Part shown: positions 39,500 through 48,476 of the stretch, piece by piece
Layout of the letters: each line of letters opens with the position of its first letter
Position numbering within the stretch: position 1 is the first letter of the stretch
NCBI GenBank assembly: GCA_965222605.1
Contig: OZ244960.1
Coordinates: 5,248,001 to 5,312,000, forward strand
Length of the DNA stretch: 64,000 nt
Reading direction: 5' to 3'
Source of the DNA: Candidatus Latescibacterota bacterium
Lineage (GTDB): Bacteria > Latescibacterota > UBA2968
Notes under the pieces: model-generated
Databases searched by the model: none
The model's input: only the letters and a program-made list of their open reading frames with translations
What the model was told of the DNA's origin: nothing
Translations under genes and position numbers: made by a program

Positions 39500-40525
39500 A
39501 TGGACAATGCAATGCGTGACGCGTTCGCTCGACAAGGCTATATCGTCGTGCCCAACGTGCTCAATCAACAGCAGCTGGACGAGCTCAATCAAGCCTACGA
39601 TCAGCATATCTTTGAGCGGGAGGAGACGCTGTCCACGGCCCGCACCGACAAACAGAACCGCTTCTATATCGGCGGGCGCGACAAGCACATGACAACTGAC
39701 CGGCACGGCAACACCTACATAGGGAGAAGGTTCTGGAGCAAGGCCTACAGGGACCTTATCGACAACGAGACCATGCTGCCCATCCTTGAAGAGGTTCTCG
39801 GCGCCCCGTCGTGGGGCCATGCCCCAGCACACATGCCGGCAGAGCTTCGCCCCTTGTTCCGGCTAGATCATGACAATGTGCACTACAAGCCTGGCCGGAA
39901 ACCGACAGACGGCGCGGACAAAGGCGGGGCGCTCCACGGCGGCCCGGGCAGCTTTCATATCACGTGTGTATATGAACTCAAGACAGTCGGACCAGATGAC
40001 GGGGGCTTCGGGTGTGTTGCTGGCACACACAAGCCAGCCAATGAGCAGAAACTGATGGGCATCGCCGGCGACTGGCGGCGGAACTGGTGCGACACGGAAT
40101 GGACGTCGAAGCTGCCGAACTGGGATGACGATGTGCCGGTGCACCGCATCGAGGCCAAGGCTGGGGACTGCATTTTGTTCAGTGAGAAGCTCAAACATGG
40201 TACGATTCCGTGGGCGGGGAGCGGCGAGCGCCGCACCCTCTTCTACAAGTATGTTCCTTTCGGCATGCACCACGGCGACGCCGCGTACGACACCAACGAC
40301 CCCGAACTCACTGAGCGGCAGAAACGGATTCTGGGGTTCTCGCCGTGCTGGTTTAACGAGCCCCGGGAGGACAAAGACTACTCCGCGAACCCGGCGCTCA
40401 CAAAGCTCCATCCGCTGGCGTGTATGGAGAGCGACCCGAGTGTGTTGCTGCCGGGCATGTCGCCGCCGCACATCCGGCTGACGGACGAGACCAAGGCGAT
40501 GCTGCTGAGTGCCGGTGGAGATTGA
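39500..40525 (+). CDS. PhyH-like Fe/2OG enzyme with HxG in place of HxD
   Basis: FARQGYIVV, LHGG, GGFGCVAGTHK, AGDCILFSEKLKHG, RRTLFYKY. Confidence 0.8.
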   Translation: MDNAMRDAFARQGYIVVPNVLNQQQLDELNQAYDQHIFEREETLSTARTDKQNRFYIGGRDKHMTTDRHGNTYIGRRFWSKAYRDLIDNETMLPILEEVLGAPSWGHAPAHMPAELRPLFRLDHDNVHYKPGRKPTDGADKGGALHGGPGSFHITCVYELKTVGPDDGGFGCVAGTHKPANEQKLMGIAGDWRRNWCDTEWTSKLPNWDDDVPVHRIEAKAGDCILFSEKLKHGTIPWAGSGERRTLFYKYVPFGMHHGDAAYDTNDPELTERQKRILGFSPCWFNEPREDKDYSANPALTKLHPLACMESDPSVLLPGMSPPHIRLTDETKAMLLSAGGD

Positions 40526-40598
40526 AGTTCGATGAGAAGTAACAACTGGCCGACCAAACGTTACTAGCACTTTTTGGCCAAATGATAGCGAAAATAGA

Positions 40599-40631
40599 AA
40601 AATGCCGTGAGATTTTTTCTCACGGCGTTTT
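40599..40631. terminator. intrinsic terminator
   Basis: AAAATGCCGTGAGA...TCTCACGGCGTTTT. Confidence 0.7.
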
Positions 40632-40960
40632 CTTATTTATGCTTGTTTTTATGTGCTTTAGAGGTGTTTTTCTAAGGAATCTGAAAGGGGGTAAGTAACG
40701 CACGCTGACAATCCCTTGGCATTCTATATTAAGTCAGGATTCATACATTTCAATCCCATAATCTCGCAAGATATTCACATACTTAGCGATTCCTCTCCAG
40801 GTTATCATTTCTCATTGACATTTTTCAGAAAATCAGGCATGTACGTGCAATAGGCCATACAATCACAAAAAATGATGGGAGATATTATGCCGCGAAAAAT
40901 TTTATCCCCAAAGCAACAGAAGAGGTTGCAGAGACCAGAGGCTAAAAGAGGAGACGCGCT

Positions 40961-41230
40961 ATGATAAATAAGAATCCAATCTGGCAGGATCGCATTGTCA
41001 CTGACCCATTGATACTGGCCGGGAAACCAACAATAAAAGGCACTCGGATTTCAGTGGAACTGATCATGGAATTGCTGGATGGAGGGCGCAGTGAAGCCGA
41101 TATCATTCGTATGTACTCGCACATCACCCCGGAGGATATCCGAGCCTGTCGGAAGTACGCCGCCACTGGTGCAAAGCTGTCCAATGTGACCTGGGAGGAT
41201 ATTGATGCGATTATGGATGGCAAACGGTAG
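40961..41230 (+). CDS. DUF433-family antitoxin
   Basis: DPLILAGKPTIKGTRISV...EDIRAC. Confidence 0.9.
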   Translation: MINKNPIWQDRIVTDPLILAGKPTIKGTRISVELIMELLDGGRSEADIIRMYSHITPEDIRACRKYAATGAKLSNVTWEDIDAIMDGKR

Positions 41231-41569
41231 ATGAGAATACTTGCCGACGAAAATATATCGGAGCAGGTCGTTGTCCGGCTACGTGCTGCAGGCCAGGATG
41301 TACGATGGACGAAGGAAACGGACCGAGGCGAAGCAGACCCTAACCTGCTGGAATTGGCAACGCGGGAAAGACGTACGCTGATAACTTATGATAAGGACTT
41401 TGGAGACCTTGTGCATCGTGACGGTATGTCCGCCCCTCACGGCGTCATCTTGTTTCGTATTCACAGCGATGTGCCAGATTCAGTGAAAACCGAATTTGTC
41501 GCCAGTAGCGTTATGGCTTGGGATAGTTTGCCGTCCGGAATCTGGACGATTCAGATACGGCACCAATGA
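41231..41569 (+). CDS. DUF5615-family PIN toxin
   Basis: MRILADEN, ADPNLL, LITYDKDFGDL. Confidence 0.88.
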   Translation: MRILADENISEQVVVRLRAAGQDVRWTKETDRGEADPNLLELATRERRTLITYDKDFGDLVHRDGMSAPHGVILFRIHSDVPDSVKTEFVASSVMAWDSLPSGIWTIQIRHQ

Positions 41570-41582
41570 AGCAGTTCTACTC

Positions 41583-41671
41583 ATCGGATCAAAACAGCCC
41601 GTAATTGCACGGCTCGAAGATGCGGATTATGAAGGACATTCACTCACGATGCTTCAAAGAATCGCGATCGC
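41583..41671 (+). repeat. 89-bp exact direct repeat, copy 2 (isolated HTH gene fragment)
   Basis: Identical to 32693-32781. Confidence 0.95.
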
Positions 41672-41690
41672 TATGACTCGGAACTAAACC

Positions 41691-41730
41691 AAAGGGGTGA
41701 GCATTGTATTGTAGCAATGCTCGCCCCTTT
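41691..41730. terminator. long hairpin
   Basis: AAAGGGGTGAGCATTG-N8-CAATGCTCGCCCCTTT. Confidence 0.6.
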
Positions 41731-41757
41731 ACCACAAAAAGTGAATAGGAGATTTAT

Positions 41758-41979
41758 ATGGCATCTAAAATGACTTTTGTGCTCACACAAATCGACAAAG
41801 GCTCACCAGAGGCTCCTTCTGCATGGAACGTAAAACTTGAAATCGAATCAGGAGATGTTGTTTTTGACGACATAAACATAGAAGGCCGAAATCAGGCCAT
41901 TGAATTTGTGGATGACATACGAAACGCAAAAGTAGTTGCCCGCGAGTTTCGACATAAAGTAATTCGAGAACCAAGCTAA
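41758..41979 (+). CDS. hypothetical protein (73 aa)
   Basis: AGGAG RBS, protein-like composition. Confidence 0.55.
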   Translation: MASKMTFVLTQIDKGSPEAPSAWNVKLEIESGDVVFDDINIEGRNQAIEFVDDIRNAKVVAREFRHKVIREPS

Positions 41980-42016
41980 TTTAGGTGCGAATATAAACAT
42001 TTTTGGAGGAAGGTGA

Positions 42017-42247
42017 ATGGAATCCGTTTTTGTTCTTGTTTTTGTTATCCTTTTGCTCATATTTTTTTATTTTATCCCCTCATTTAATGCATACGGGCGG
42101 AGGCATAAGTGGAGTTACCTCGTTTTGGTGGCGTGTTTAGGACTTACTCCTACTTCTCGGAGATATTGGCAAAAATTGCGGACCACCTCGAGTACACAAC
42201 AAAAGCCCGTCGATCATCACCGATTGACGGGCTTTCTTTTGCAATGA
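42017..42247 (+). pseudogene. superinfection-immunity-like membrane protein, probably truncated
   Basis: TM helix then YFIPSFNAYGRRH, resembling the Imm YFLPxxxAxxRxH motif; GGAGG RBS; C-terminus reads through a terminator. Confidence 0.5.
42201..42241. terminator. bidirectional terminator downstream of tRNA-Asn
   Basis: AAAAGCCCGTCGATC...GATTGACGGGCTTTCTTTT. Confidence 0.7.
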
Positions 42248-42282
42248 AACAGATAGATTAAAATTCAGCGAGAAGATATTCT

Positions 42283-42358
42283 TGGCTCCGGCGGTAGGAC
42301 TCGAACCTACGACCCAGTGGTTAACAGCCACTTGCTCTGCCAGCTGAGCTACGCCGGA
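42283..42358 (-). tRNA. tRNA-Asn (GTT)
   Basis: TCCGGCG acceptor, GTGGC-TGTTAA-CCAC anticodon arm region, GGTTCGAGTCC, CCA encoded. Confidence 0.95.
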
Positions 42359-42567
42359 ACGTAATATTTCCAATAGCGATGAAATCTACTGGAAGTGAAT
42401 ATCAGTGTCAAGCGCAATTTTTAATCCTTTGATTTATCAGTGTCTGAATATCAGGGCATTCCTCTTGACATCCCTCCGGTGAACATCTATGTTTTCAATT
42501 CTTAGCGGTTAGCAGTTCGTTCGTCCAATCTCCCCAGCCCCCAGTCCCTATCCTCTTGCTATCTATT

Positions 42568-43290
42568 ATGCCAGATGAGAAACTGATACAGCGGATTGTT
42601 GCCGAAGTTGTGCGGCGGTTGAAGGCGCTGGAGGGGGTCGCGGTATCTGAACCGATTGACCCACCAGTGAGTCTGGTGACGGAAGATCTGGTCAAATCTG
42701 CAATCAAACGCGGTGGTGATGCGGTTTATGTGACGCCCAACGCGATTGTGACGCCGTTGGCACGGGATTTGATACGACGGCAGAAAGTGCGTCTGGTCGT
42801 GGCTGATGATGAGGCGGTGATTCAAGACCCACAGAAATCGAGTGTATTAGCTATTGGTGCAGATCACAAAGGATTCGAGCTGAAGAAACAGATTGCGCTT
42901 ATGTTGCAAGATGCCGGGCGGGAAGTGATTGATTGTGGCGTACATAGTCCGCAAGAAGTATCTTATGTCGGTGTGGCAAAAACGGTGGCCGACGTTGTTC
43001 TGGAAAAAAATTTGATGACGGGTATTGTGATTGATGGGGGAGGAACGGGAACTGCTCTCGTTGCGAATAAAATAAAGGAGATTCGCGCTGTTTCGTGTCA
43101 CGATGTGACATCGGCCAAATTTGCCCGGGCCCATGTGGATGCCAATATTTTGTGTCTCGGTGTGGGTGTGGTGGGGGATACCGTGGCAAAAGAGATTGTT
43201 GCGACGTGGTTGAGCACCCCATTTGAAGGTGGGCAATATGCCGCGCGTGTTCGGGAAATTGGTGAGGTGGAGGGTGGGAATGGGGATTGA
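42568..43290 (+). CDS. RpiB/LacAB sugar-phosphate isomerase with N-terminal extension
   Basis: IGADHKGFELK, ANK, ARAHVDANILCLG, TPFEGG; roughly 90 extra N-terminal residues. Confidence 0.85.
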   Translation: MPDEKLIQRIVAEVVRRLKALEGVAVSEPIDPPVSLVTEDLVKSAIKRGGDAVYVTPNAIVTPLARDLIRRQKVRLVVADDEAVIQDPQKSSVLAIGADHKGFELKKQIALMLQDAGREVIDCGVHSPQEVSYVGVAKTVADVVLEKNLMTGIVIDGGGTGTALVANKIKEIRAVSCHDVTSAKFARAHVDANILCLGVGVVGDTVAKEIVATWLSTPFEGGQYAARVREIGEVEGGNGD

Positions 43291-43320
43291 GCTGAGTGTC
43301 CTTCTAATCAGGAGATATCT

Positions 43321-44091
43321 ATGCTTTCACAAGAGCAACTCGCGCAATATGACCGAGATGGGTATGTGCTGGTGTCGGGATTAATTCCAGAAGAGACAAT
43401 TGCCAATGCGGAAGCTGCGATGTGGTCTGTGCTCGGGATGGTTCGGGATGATCCGGCTTCGTGGTCTCCTTTGCCAGACAAAACAGATGGGGTGACAACA
43501 AATGCCAACCAGGGGGTGATTGAACATTTTGGGGTTCAAGATCCCGCGTTGCTGGCTTGTTGTACGCCCGCGTTTTACGAGGCGCAGAGCCAACTGGTTC
43601 GGGAGAATGCAGATGCATTTCACTGTCAGAAGCCACAGCCTGAGGCAGTGTGGGCACGCAGTGTATTTCCGGTTTCGAAAGGCTGGGATTATCTCAATGG
43701 GCACGTCGATGGTGGACATCGACCTTTCAATGTTTTTCCGGGGTCATTCCGGGTCTCCTCTCTGACTTATCTCGATTCTGGTGTTGCACAAGGTGGTGGG
43801 ACCGCGGTCTGGCCAGGGTCGCATCGGAAGTTCAGCGAGATGGCAGTGCAGGATCCTGACCGGTTTCGAATGCTGTCGGATTTTGCGAAACCTCAACAAA
43901 GGTTCGGTCTGGGAGAGCCGATTGAGTTGAGGCCGTCCCGAGGAGAGGTACTGTTTTTTCATTATCTGTTAGTACACTGTGGATCTCTCAATACAAGCAA
44001 TAAACCGCGTTTTGCCCTCCGCTGGATGTGTACCTGTGACGCATGTCGCATCTGGGAAAAACACGGCAGGTGGAATATCTGGATGCCCTGA
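43321..44091 (+). CDS. PhyH-family Fe/2OG enzyme
   Basis: YDRDGYVLV, GHVD, WPGSH, LVHCG..N...R. Confidence 0.85.
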   Translation: MLSQEQLAQYDRDGYVLVSGLIPEETIANAEAAMWSVLGMVRDDPASWSPLPDKTDGVTTNANQGVIEHFGVQDPALLACCTPAFYEAQSQLVRENADAFHCQKPQPEAVWARSVFPVSKGWDYLNGHVDGGHRPFNVFPGSFRVSSLTYLDSGVAQGGGTAVWPGSHRKFSEMAVQDPDRFRMLSDFAKPQQRFGLGEPIELRPSRGEVLFFHYLLVHCGSLNTSNKPRFALRWMCTCDACRIWEKHGRWNIWMP

Positions 44092-44167
44092 TGTTGATGG
44101 TTGACTCTGTGTGGGGAAACCCGTATATTTTTTTCTCTATAACCAGTGTTGTTTTCGCGGGGTATCC

Positions 44168-44626
44168 GTGCTGGATGACGACCTGACAGGCATGAAATTT
44201 GCGCTCGAAGAAGCCCGCGTGGCGGCAAGCGAACATGAAGTGCCTATTGGCGCTGTTGTGATGCACAATGGCGAGGTGATCGCACGAGATCACAATCGCA
44301 TTGTCCAGCGAAATGATCCCACAGCGCATGCCGAAATGCTCGTTATTGGGCAGGCAACAAAAAAGTTGGGCGTTCGGTGGCTAAATAACTGCGTGCTTTA
44401 CGCAACACTGGAACCCTGTGCGATGTGTGCAGGTGCTATGGTGCTTGCCCGATTGTCCCGGTTGGTCTTTGGAGCTTGCGATCCCAAAACCGGGGCCTGC
44501 GGATCCCTGAGAAATATTGTGGAAGATACCCGCCTGAATCATCGCATGGATGTGCGCAGAGGCGTTTTAGAAGATGCGTGTGGTCAGGTGTTGCGGGCGT
44601 TTTTTCAAACTTTGCGGGAAAAATAA
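44168..44626 (+). CDS. tadA: tRNA adenosine(34) deaminase
   Basis: EVPIGAV, DPTAHAE, TLEPCAMC, DPKTGACGS. Confidence 0.95.
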   Translation: MLDDDLTGMKFALEEARVAASEHEVPIGAVVMHNGEVIARDHNRIVQRNDPTAHAEMLVIGQATKKLGVRWLNNCVLYATLEPCAMCAGAMVLARLSRLVFGACDPKTGACGSLRNIVEDTRLNHRMDVRRGVLEDACGQVLRAFFQTLREK

Positions 44627-44631
44627 ATATT

Positions 44632-44721
<90 letters not shown>

Positions 44722-44794
44722 AAAACAAGAGCGTATCAACAATCAGCGCACAAGTGTGTGAGGAAGCCGATAGCTGACGGCTTACAGCTATATT

Positions 44795-44884
<90 letters not shown>

Positions 44885-44903
44885 AAAATATCACGAGGTT
44901 GTT

Positions 44904-45275
44904 ATGCCGCATCCTATTCGCATTACAGTTGGCGATATTGAACTCGACGCCGAGTTGAACGATTCGCAAACAGCAGGCAAGATTCGTGAGGTTTTACCGC
45001 TGGATTGTTCGTTTAATACCTGGGGCGATGAGATTTACTTTTCAATTCCCGTTGAAGCAGGCCCCGAAGATGCATGTGAAACGGTGGCGTTAAACGACCT
45101 TGGATATTGGCCGCCGGGTCATGCGTTTTGCATTTTTTACGGTCAGACCCCAGCCAGTCATGGAGATGAAATTCGTCCGGCAAGTCCCGTCAATATTATT
45201 GGACGGGTGCTGGGTGATGCTACGGTGCTCAAGTCCGTTTCGGGAGTACGCAACATCGTGGTTGAAGCCGTTTAG
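44904..45275 (+). CDS. cyclophilin-like fold protein (TM1367 family)
   Basis: WGDEIYF, YWPPGHAFCIFYGQTP, RPASPVN. Confidence 0.85.
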   Translation: MPHPIRITVGDIELDAELNDSQTAGKIREVLPLDCSFNTWGDEIYFSIPVEAGPEDACETVALNDLGYWPPGHAFCIFYGQTPASHGDEIRPASPVNIIGRVLGDATVLKSVSGVRNIVVEAV

Positions 45276-45276
45276 G

Positions 45277-45353
<77 letters not shown>

Positions 45354-45410
45354 AAAATTGTTAAGAGGTAAGAGGCGAGAGTAAGATCCCTCTCGTATCT
45401 CACTGTTTTC

Positions 45411-45685
45411 AGGTCGTGCTAGACGGGGAGATAGCGGTGCCCTGTAGCCCGCAATCCGCTATAGCGGGGTCGAATTCCACGTCTGAGAGCCGGTATTTTG
45501 GATCGCGGTCAATGAGTAAGCAGCGTTGATCGTCAGGTCCTGCGCGACGCGCCTATGCTGAACCCCGTCAGGACCGGAAGGTAGCAGCGGTAAGCAAATA
45601 GGTGCGTGTGCCGCAGGGGCACCTGGCAGGAGCCCGCGCTCGTTGAACGCCCTGGGGTAGCGGTTCGAAGCGCGGTGCACGACCT
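45411..45685 (+). ncRNA. ffs: signal recognition particle RNA, large (Alu-domain) type
   Basis: AGGTCGTGC/GCACGACCT closing stem, TCAGGACCGGAAGGTAGCAGC helix 8, CCCGCAATCCGCTATAGCGGG Alu segment, upstream of dnaX. Confidence 0.92.
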
Positions 45686-45734
45686 TTTTTTCAGGCTGGG
45701 GGCTGGGGTGGGAATGGCCCCCTTTGGAGTTTTT

Positions 45735-47465
45735 ATGTCTTACATGGTAATGGCCCGAAAGCGGAGGCCACAGGCATTTGAAACAGTGGTTGCACAAAAC
45801 CATGTGACCACCACATTGCAAAACGCCATTCGGCTGGGGCGCGTGGCGCAGTCGTATCTGTTTTCTGGGCCGCGAGGAACAGGTAAGACCACTACGGCGC
45901 GATTGCTTGCCATGGCACTCAATTGCGAGCAAGGGCCAACGGCTGAACCGTGTAGGGAGTGTGCTTCGTGTGTTGCCATTCGCAAGGGCAACAGCATGGA
46001 TGTGCTGGAAATTGACGGGGCTTCGAACCGCGGGATTGATGAAATCAGACAATTGCGCGAAGAGGTGGGGTATGCGGCCTCGCAAGGCAAGCGCAAGGTT
46101 TATATCATTGACGAAGTACACATGCTCACTACTGAGGCTTTTAATGCCTTGCTCAAAACACTCGAAGAACCGCCAGCGCATGTTGTTTTTGTATTTGCGA
46201 CGACCGAGGCTCACAAAGTACCTGAAACTATTTTGTCTCGGTGTCAGCGCTACAATTTTCGGCGTATTCCACCCGTGGCAATTGTGGAAGAACTCAAAAT
46301 GGCTGTGGATGAAGAAGGCGTAATGGCGGAAGACTCCGCGCTGTTTTTGATCGCTCGAAAAGCCGATGGAGGCATGCGCGATGCACTGAGTTTGTTGGAT
46401 CAGGTCATTGCATTTTCAGATGCTGGTATTACGGAAGATGCCGTACAAAATTTACTGGGTTTGATTCCCCGAGATGTGTATTTTGATCTGACTCAGGCCA
46501 TTGTGGCGCGGGATGGTGCCCGCGCATTGGAGATTGTTGATGAACTGGCACGCGAAGGCAGTGATCTGGGTGAATTTGTGGCGGGCCTGATGGCGCATTT
46601 TCGACATTTACTCATTGCTTGTGCCGCGGGAGATTTAACAGATGAAAATTTGCCAGAGGCTGACCGCGCACAGTATGCCGAGGTCGCCGCTCAATTCGAA
46701 GAGGCCGATCTCGTGCGCATGCTCAATGCTGTAGGTGAACTGGAAACGCAGATTAGCCGGGTGACCGAGCCTCGATTCTGGCTCGAATTGACGGTTATGA
46801 AGCTGGTGCAGATGACGTCAAGTGTAGATTTGCAGGTTTTGATTGGTCGATTAGAACAACTCGAGCGGGGGTTAAAAAGCCAGGGAACGGTATCTGGTCG
46901 CGTACCTGCTGGACGGCCATTGCCCAGGCCCAAACCTGCATCACCGCAGAAAGCGACCTCATCCGGATCAGACACGCGCGCCAGGGTAGATAGTGCCAAA
47001 GTATCAACAACCGCTTCCAAAACTTCACCACCGCAACAGCAGGGCAATGGTCGTCCCGTGGCAGAACAGCCACAAGAAGAAATACCTCCAATGCCAGATG
47101 TATCTTCAGGAGAGCCACCAGATTTTTCTGTGATAAAAAATAAGTGGGAGCAACTCGTACAGAAAGTGAAGGAGAAGAAGATGTCGTTGGGCACATTTTT
47201 GGCCGAAGGCCATCCACAATCAATGGATGGGCGACATCTGGTGGTGGCTTTTCAAAAGCACCGCGAATTTCACGCCAGTCATGTGCGGCGCAGCCGCGCT
47301 CTGATAGAAGAAGTTGCGTGCGATGTTTTTGAAGGGACAGTCACCATTTCGTGTGAGGTTATTTACGATGATAATAAAGAGCAAATAGTTGAGGAGAAGA
47401 ATGCAGAAGAAGATGAGCGCGTGCAGATGGTGATGCAGGTTTTTAGTGGAGAAGTGATCCGGTAG
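45735..47465 (+). CDS. dnaX: DNA polymerase III subunits gamma/tau
   Basis: GPRGTGKTT, IDEVHML, ALLKTLEEPP, SRC; start moved downstream of the SRP RNA. Confidence 0.95.
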   Translation: MSYMVMARKRRPQAFETVVAQNHVTTTLQNAIRLGRVAQSYLFSGPRGTGKTTTARLLAMALNCEQGPTAEPCRECASCVAIRKGNSMDVLEIDGASNRGIDEIRQLREEVGYAASQGKRKVYIIDEVHMLTTEAFNALLKTLEEPPAHVVFVFATTEAHKVPETILSRCQRYNFRRIPPVAIVEELKMAVDEEGVMAEDSALFLIARKADGGMRDALSLLDQVIAFSDAGITEDAVQNLLGLIPRDVYFDLTQAIVARDGARALEIVDELAREGSDLGEFVAGLMAHFRHLLIACAAGDLTDENLPEADRAQYAEVAAQFEEADLVRMLNAVGELETQISRVTEPRFWLELTVMKLVQMTSSVDLQVLIGRLEQLERGLKSQGTVSGRVPAGRPLPRPKPASPQKATSSGSDTRARVDSAKVSTTASKTSPPQQQGNGRPVAEQPQEEIPPMPDVSSGEPPDFSVIKNKWEQLVQKVKEKKMSLGTFLAEGHPQSMDGRHLVVAFQKHREFHASHVRRSRALIEEVACDVFEGTVTISCEVIYDDNKEQIVEEKNAEEDERVQMVMQVFSGEVIR

Positions 47466-47510
47466 GGATGTGCGTCCAATATGCGCAGAACAGAGATAAG
47501 GAGCTAAAGT

Positions 47511-47837
47511 ATGGCAAAAGGTATGGGCGCGATGATGAAGCAGGCTCAAAAATTGCAAGCCAAGCTGGCCAGAGTGCAAGAAGAACTGGGGGCAAAAGAG
47601 GTAGAGGCGACTTCTGGTGGGGGTATGGTGACAGTAAGGGCCAGTGGGCATCAAGATATTTTGTCGATAAAAATTAATCCCGAAGTCGTTGATCCCGAAG
47701 ATGTGGAAATGCTGGAAGATCTCGTGCTGGCGGCGGTTCAGCAGGCGCGAAAAAAAGCTGCGGATATGGCCGAGGCAGAAATGCAGAAAGCCACAGCGGG
47801 TCTTGTTCCCCCCGGTATGAGTATGCCGGGTTTTTGA
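47511..47837 (+). CDS. ybaB: YbaB/EbfC nucleoid-associated protein
   Basis: MMKQAQKLQ, SGGGMV, DVEMLEDL; dnaX-recR context. Confidence 0.93.
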   Translation: MAKGMGAMMKQAQKLQAKLARVQEELGAKEVEATSGGGMVTVRASGHQDILSIKINPEVVDPEDVEMLEDLVLAAVQQARKKAADMAEAEMQKATAGLVPPGMSMPGF

Positions 47838-47882
47838 GGTTGGAACCGCGAAGCCTTCGCGCTATAGTTTTTGGAGTTTCCC

Positions 47883-48476
47883 ATGGCATCAGAAGCCATT
47901 GAAAAATTGATTGCCGCTTTAAATCGGTTGCCCGGAATCGGCGCCAAATCAGCACGGCGTCTCGCGCTGGAGATGCTGACATGGGATACGGATGAGGTGC
48001 GCGAACTCGCCGATTTGATGGTGGATGTCAAGACCCGGGTGCGGCGGTGCTCAATTTGTTTTAATTTGACAGAGATTGAACCGTGTTCTGTGTGCAGCGA
48101 TACGCGTCGAGATCGTTCCAGTGTGATGGTGATTGATTTTATCGGCGATCTTTTGGCATTTGAGCGCACCGGGCTTTATCGGGGGCTTTATCACGTACTG
48201 GACGGGCGAATTTCGCCTCTGGATGGTATTGGTCCAGAAGACTTGAATATTCCCCAATTGCTCCACCGCTTGCGCCAGGGGGAAATTCGAGAAGTGATTC
48301 TCGCCAACGGTCCAACCGTAGAGGGCGATGCCACGGCACAATATCTGTCTCAATGTTTGACTCCGTTTGAAGTATCTGTCACACAAATTGCGCGCGGGTT
48401 GCCGGTGGGCAGTGATCTCGCCCTGGCCGATCAAGTGACATTGTCGCGTGCGCTGGAAGGCCGTCGGGAGTATTAA
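47883..48476 (+). CDS. recR: recombination mediator RecR
   Basis: LPGIGAKSA, C4 Zn finger, YHVL, EGDATA. Confidence 0.95.
   Translation: MASEAIEKLIAALNRLPGIGAKSARRLALEMLTWDTDEVRELADLMVDVKTRVRRCSICFNLTEIEPCSVCSDTRRDRSSVMVIDFIGDLLAFERTGLYRGLYHVLDGRISPLDGIGPEDLNIPQLLHRLRQGEIREVILANGPTVEGDATAQYLSQCLTPFEVSVTQIARGLPVGSDLALADQVTLSRALEGRREY

Noticed and set aside
40560-40602. Similarity to the 3' end of the dockerin-tag gene at 30291
   Set aside because: Too short and frameshifted to support a remnant
31269-41679. AATGACTC / TATGACTC as target duplication of a 10.4-kb IS256 composite
   Set aside because: No IS256 end at 41671 and the right flank does not continue the interrupted gene
42137-42165. 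TAGGACTTACTCCTACTTCTCGGAG as a degenerate att copy of tRNA-Asn
   Set aside because: Low identity and opposite orientation to the tRNA
45459-45734. ORF-track extension of dnaX and antisense ORF
   Set aside because: Overlaps the SRP RNA; real start at 45735
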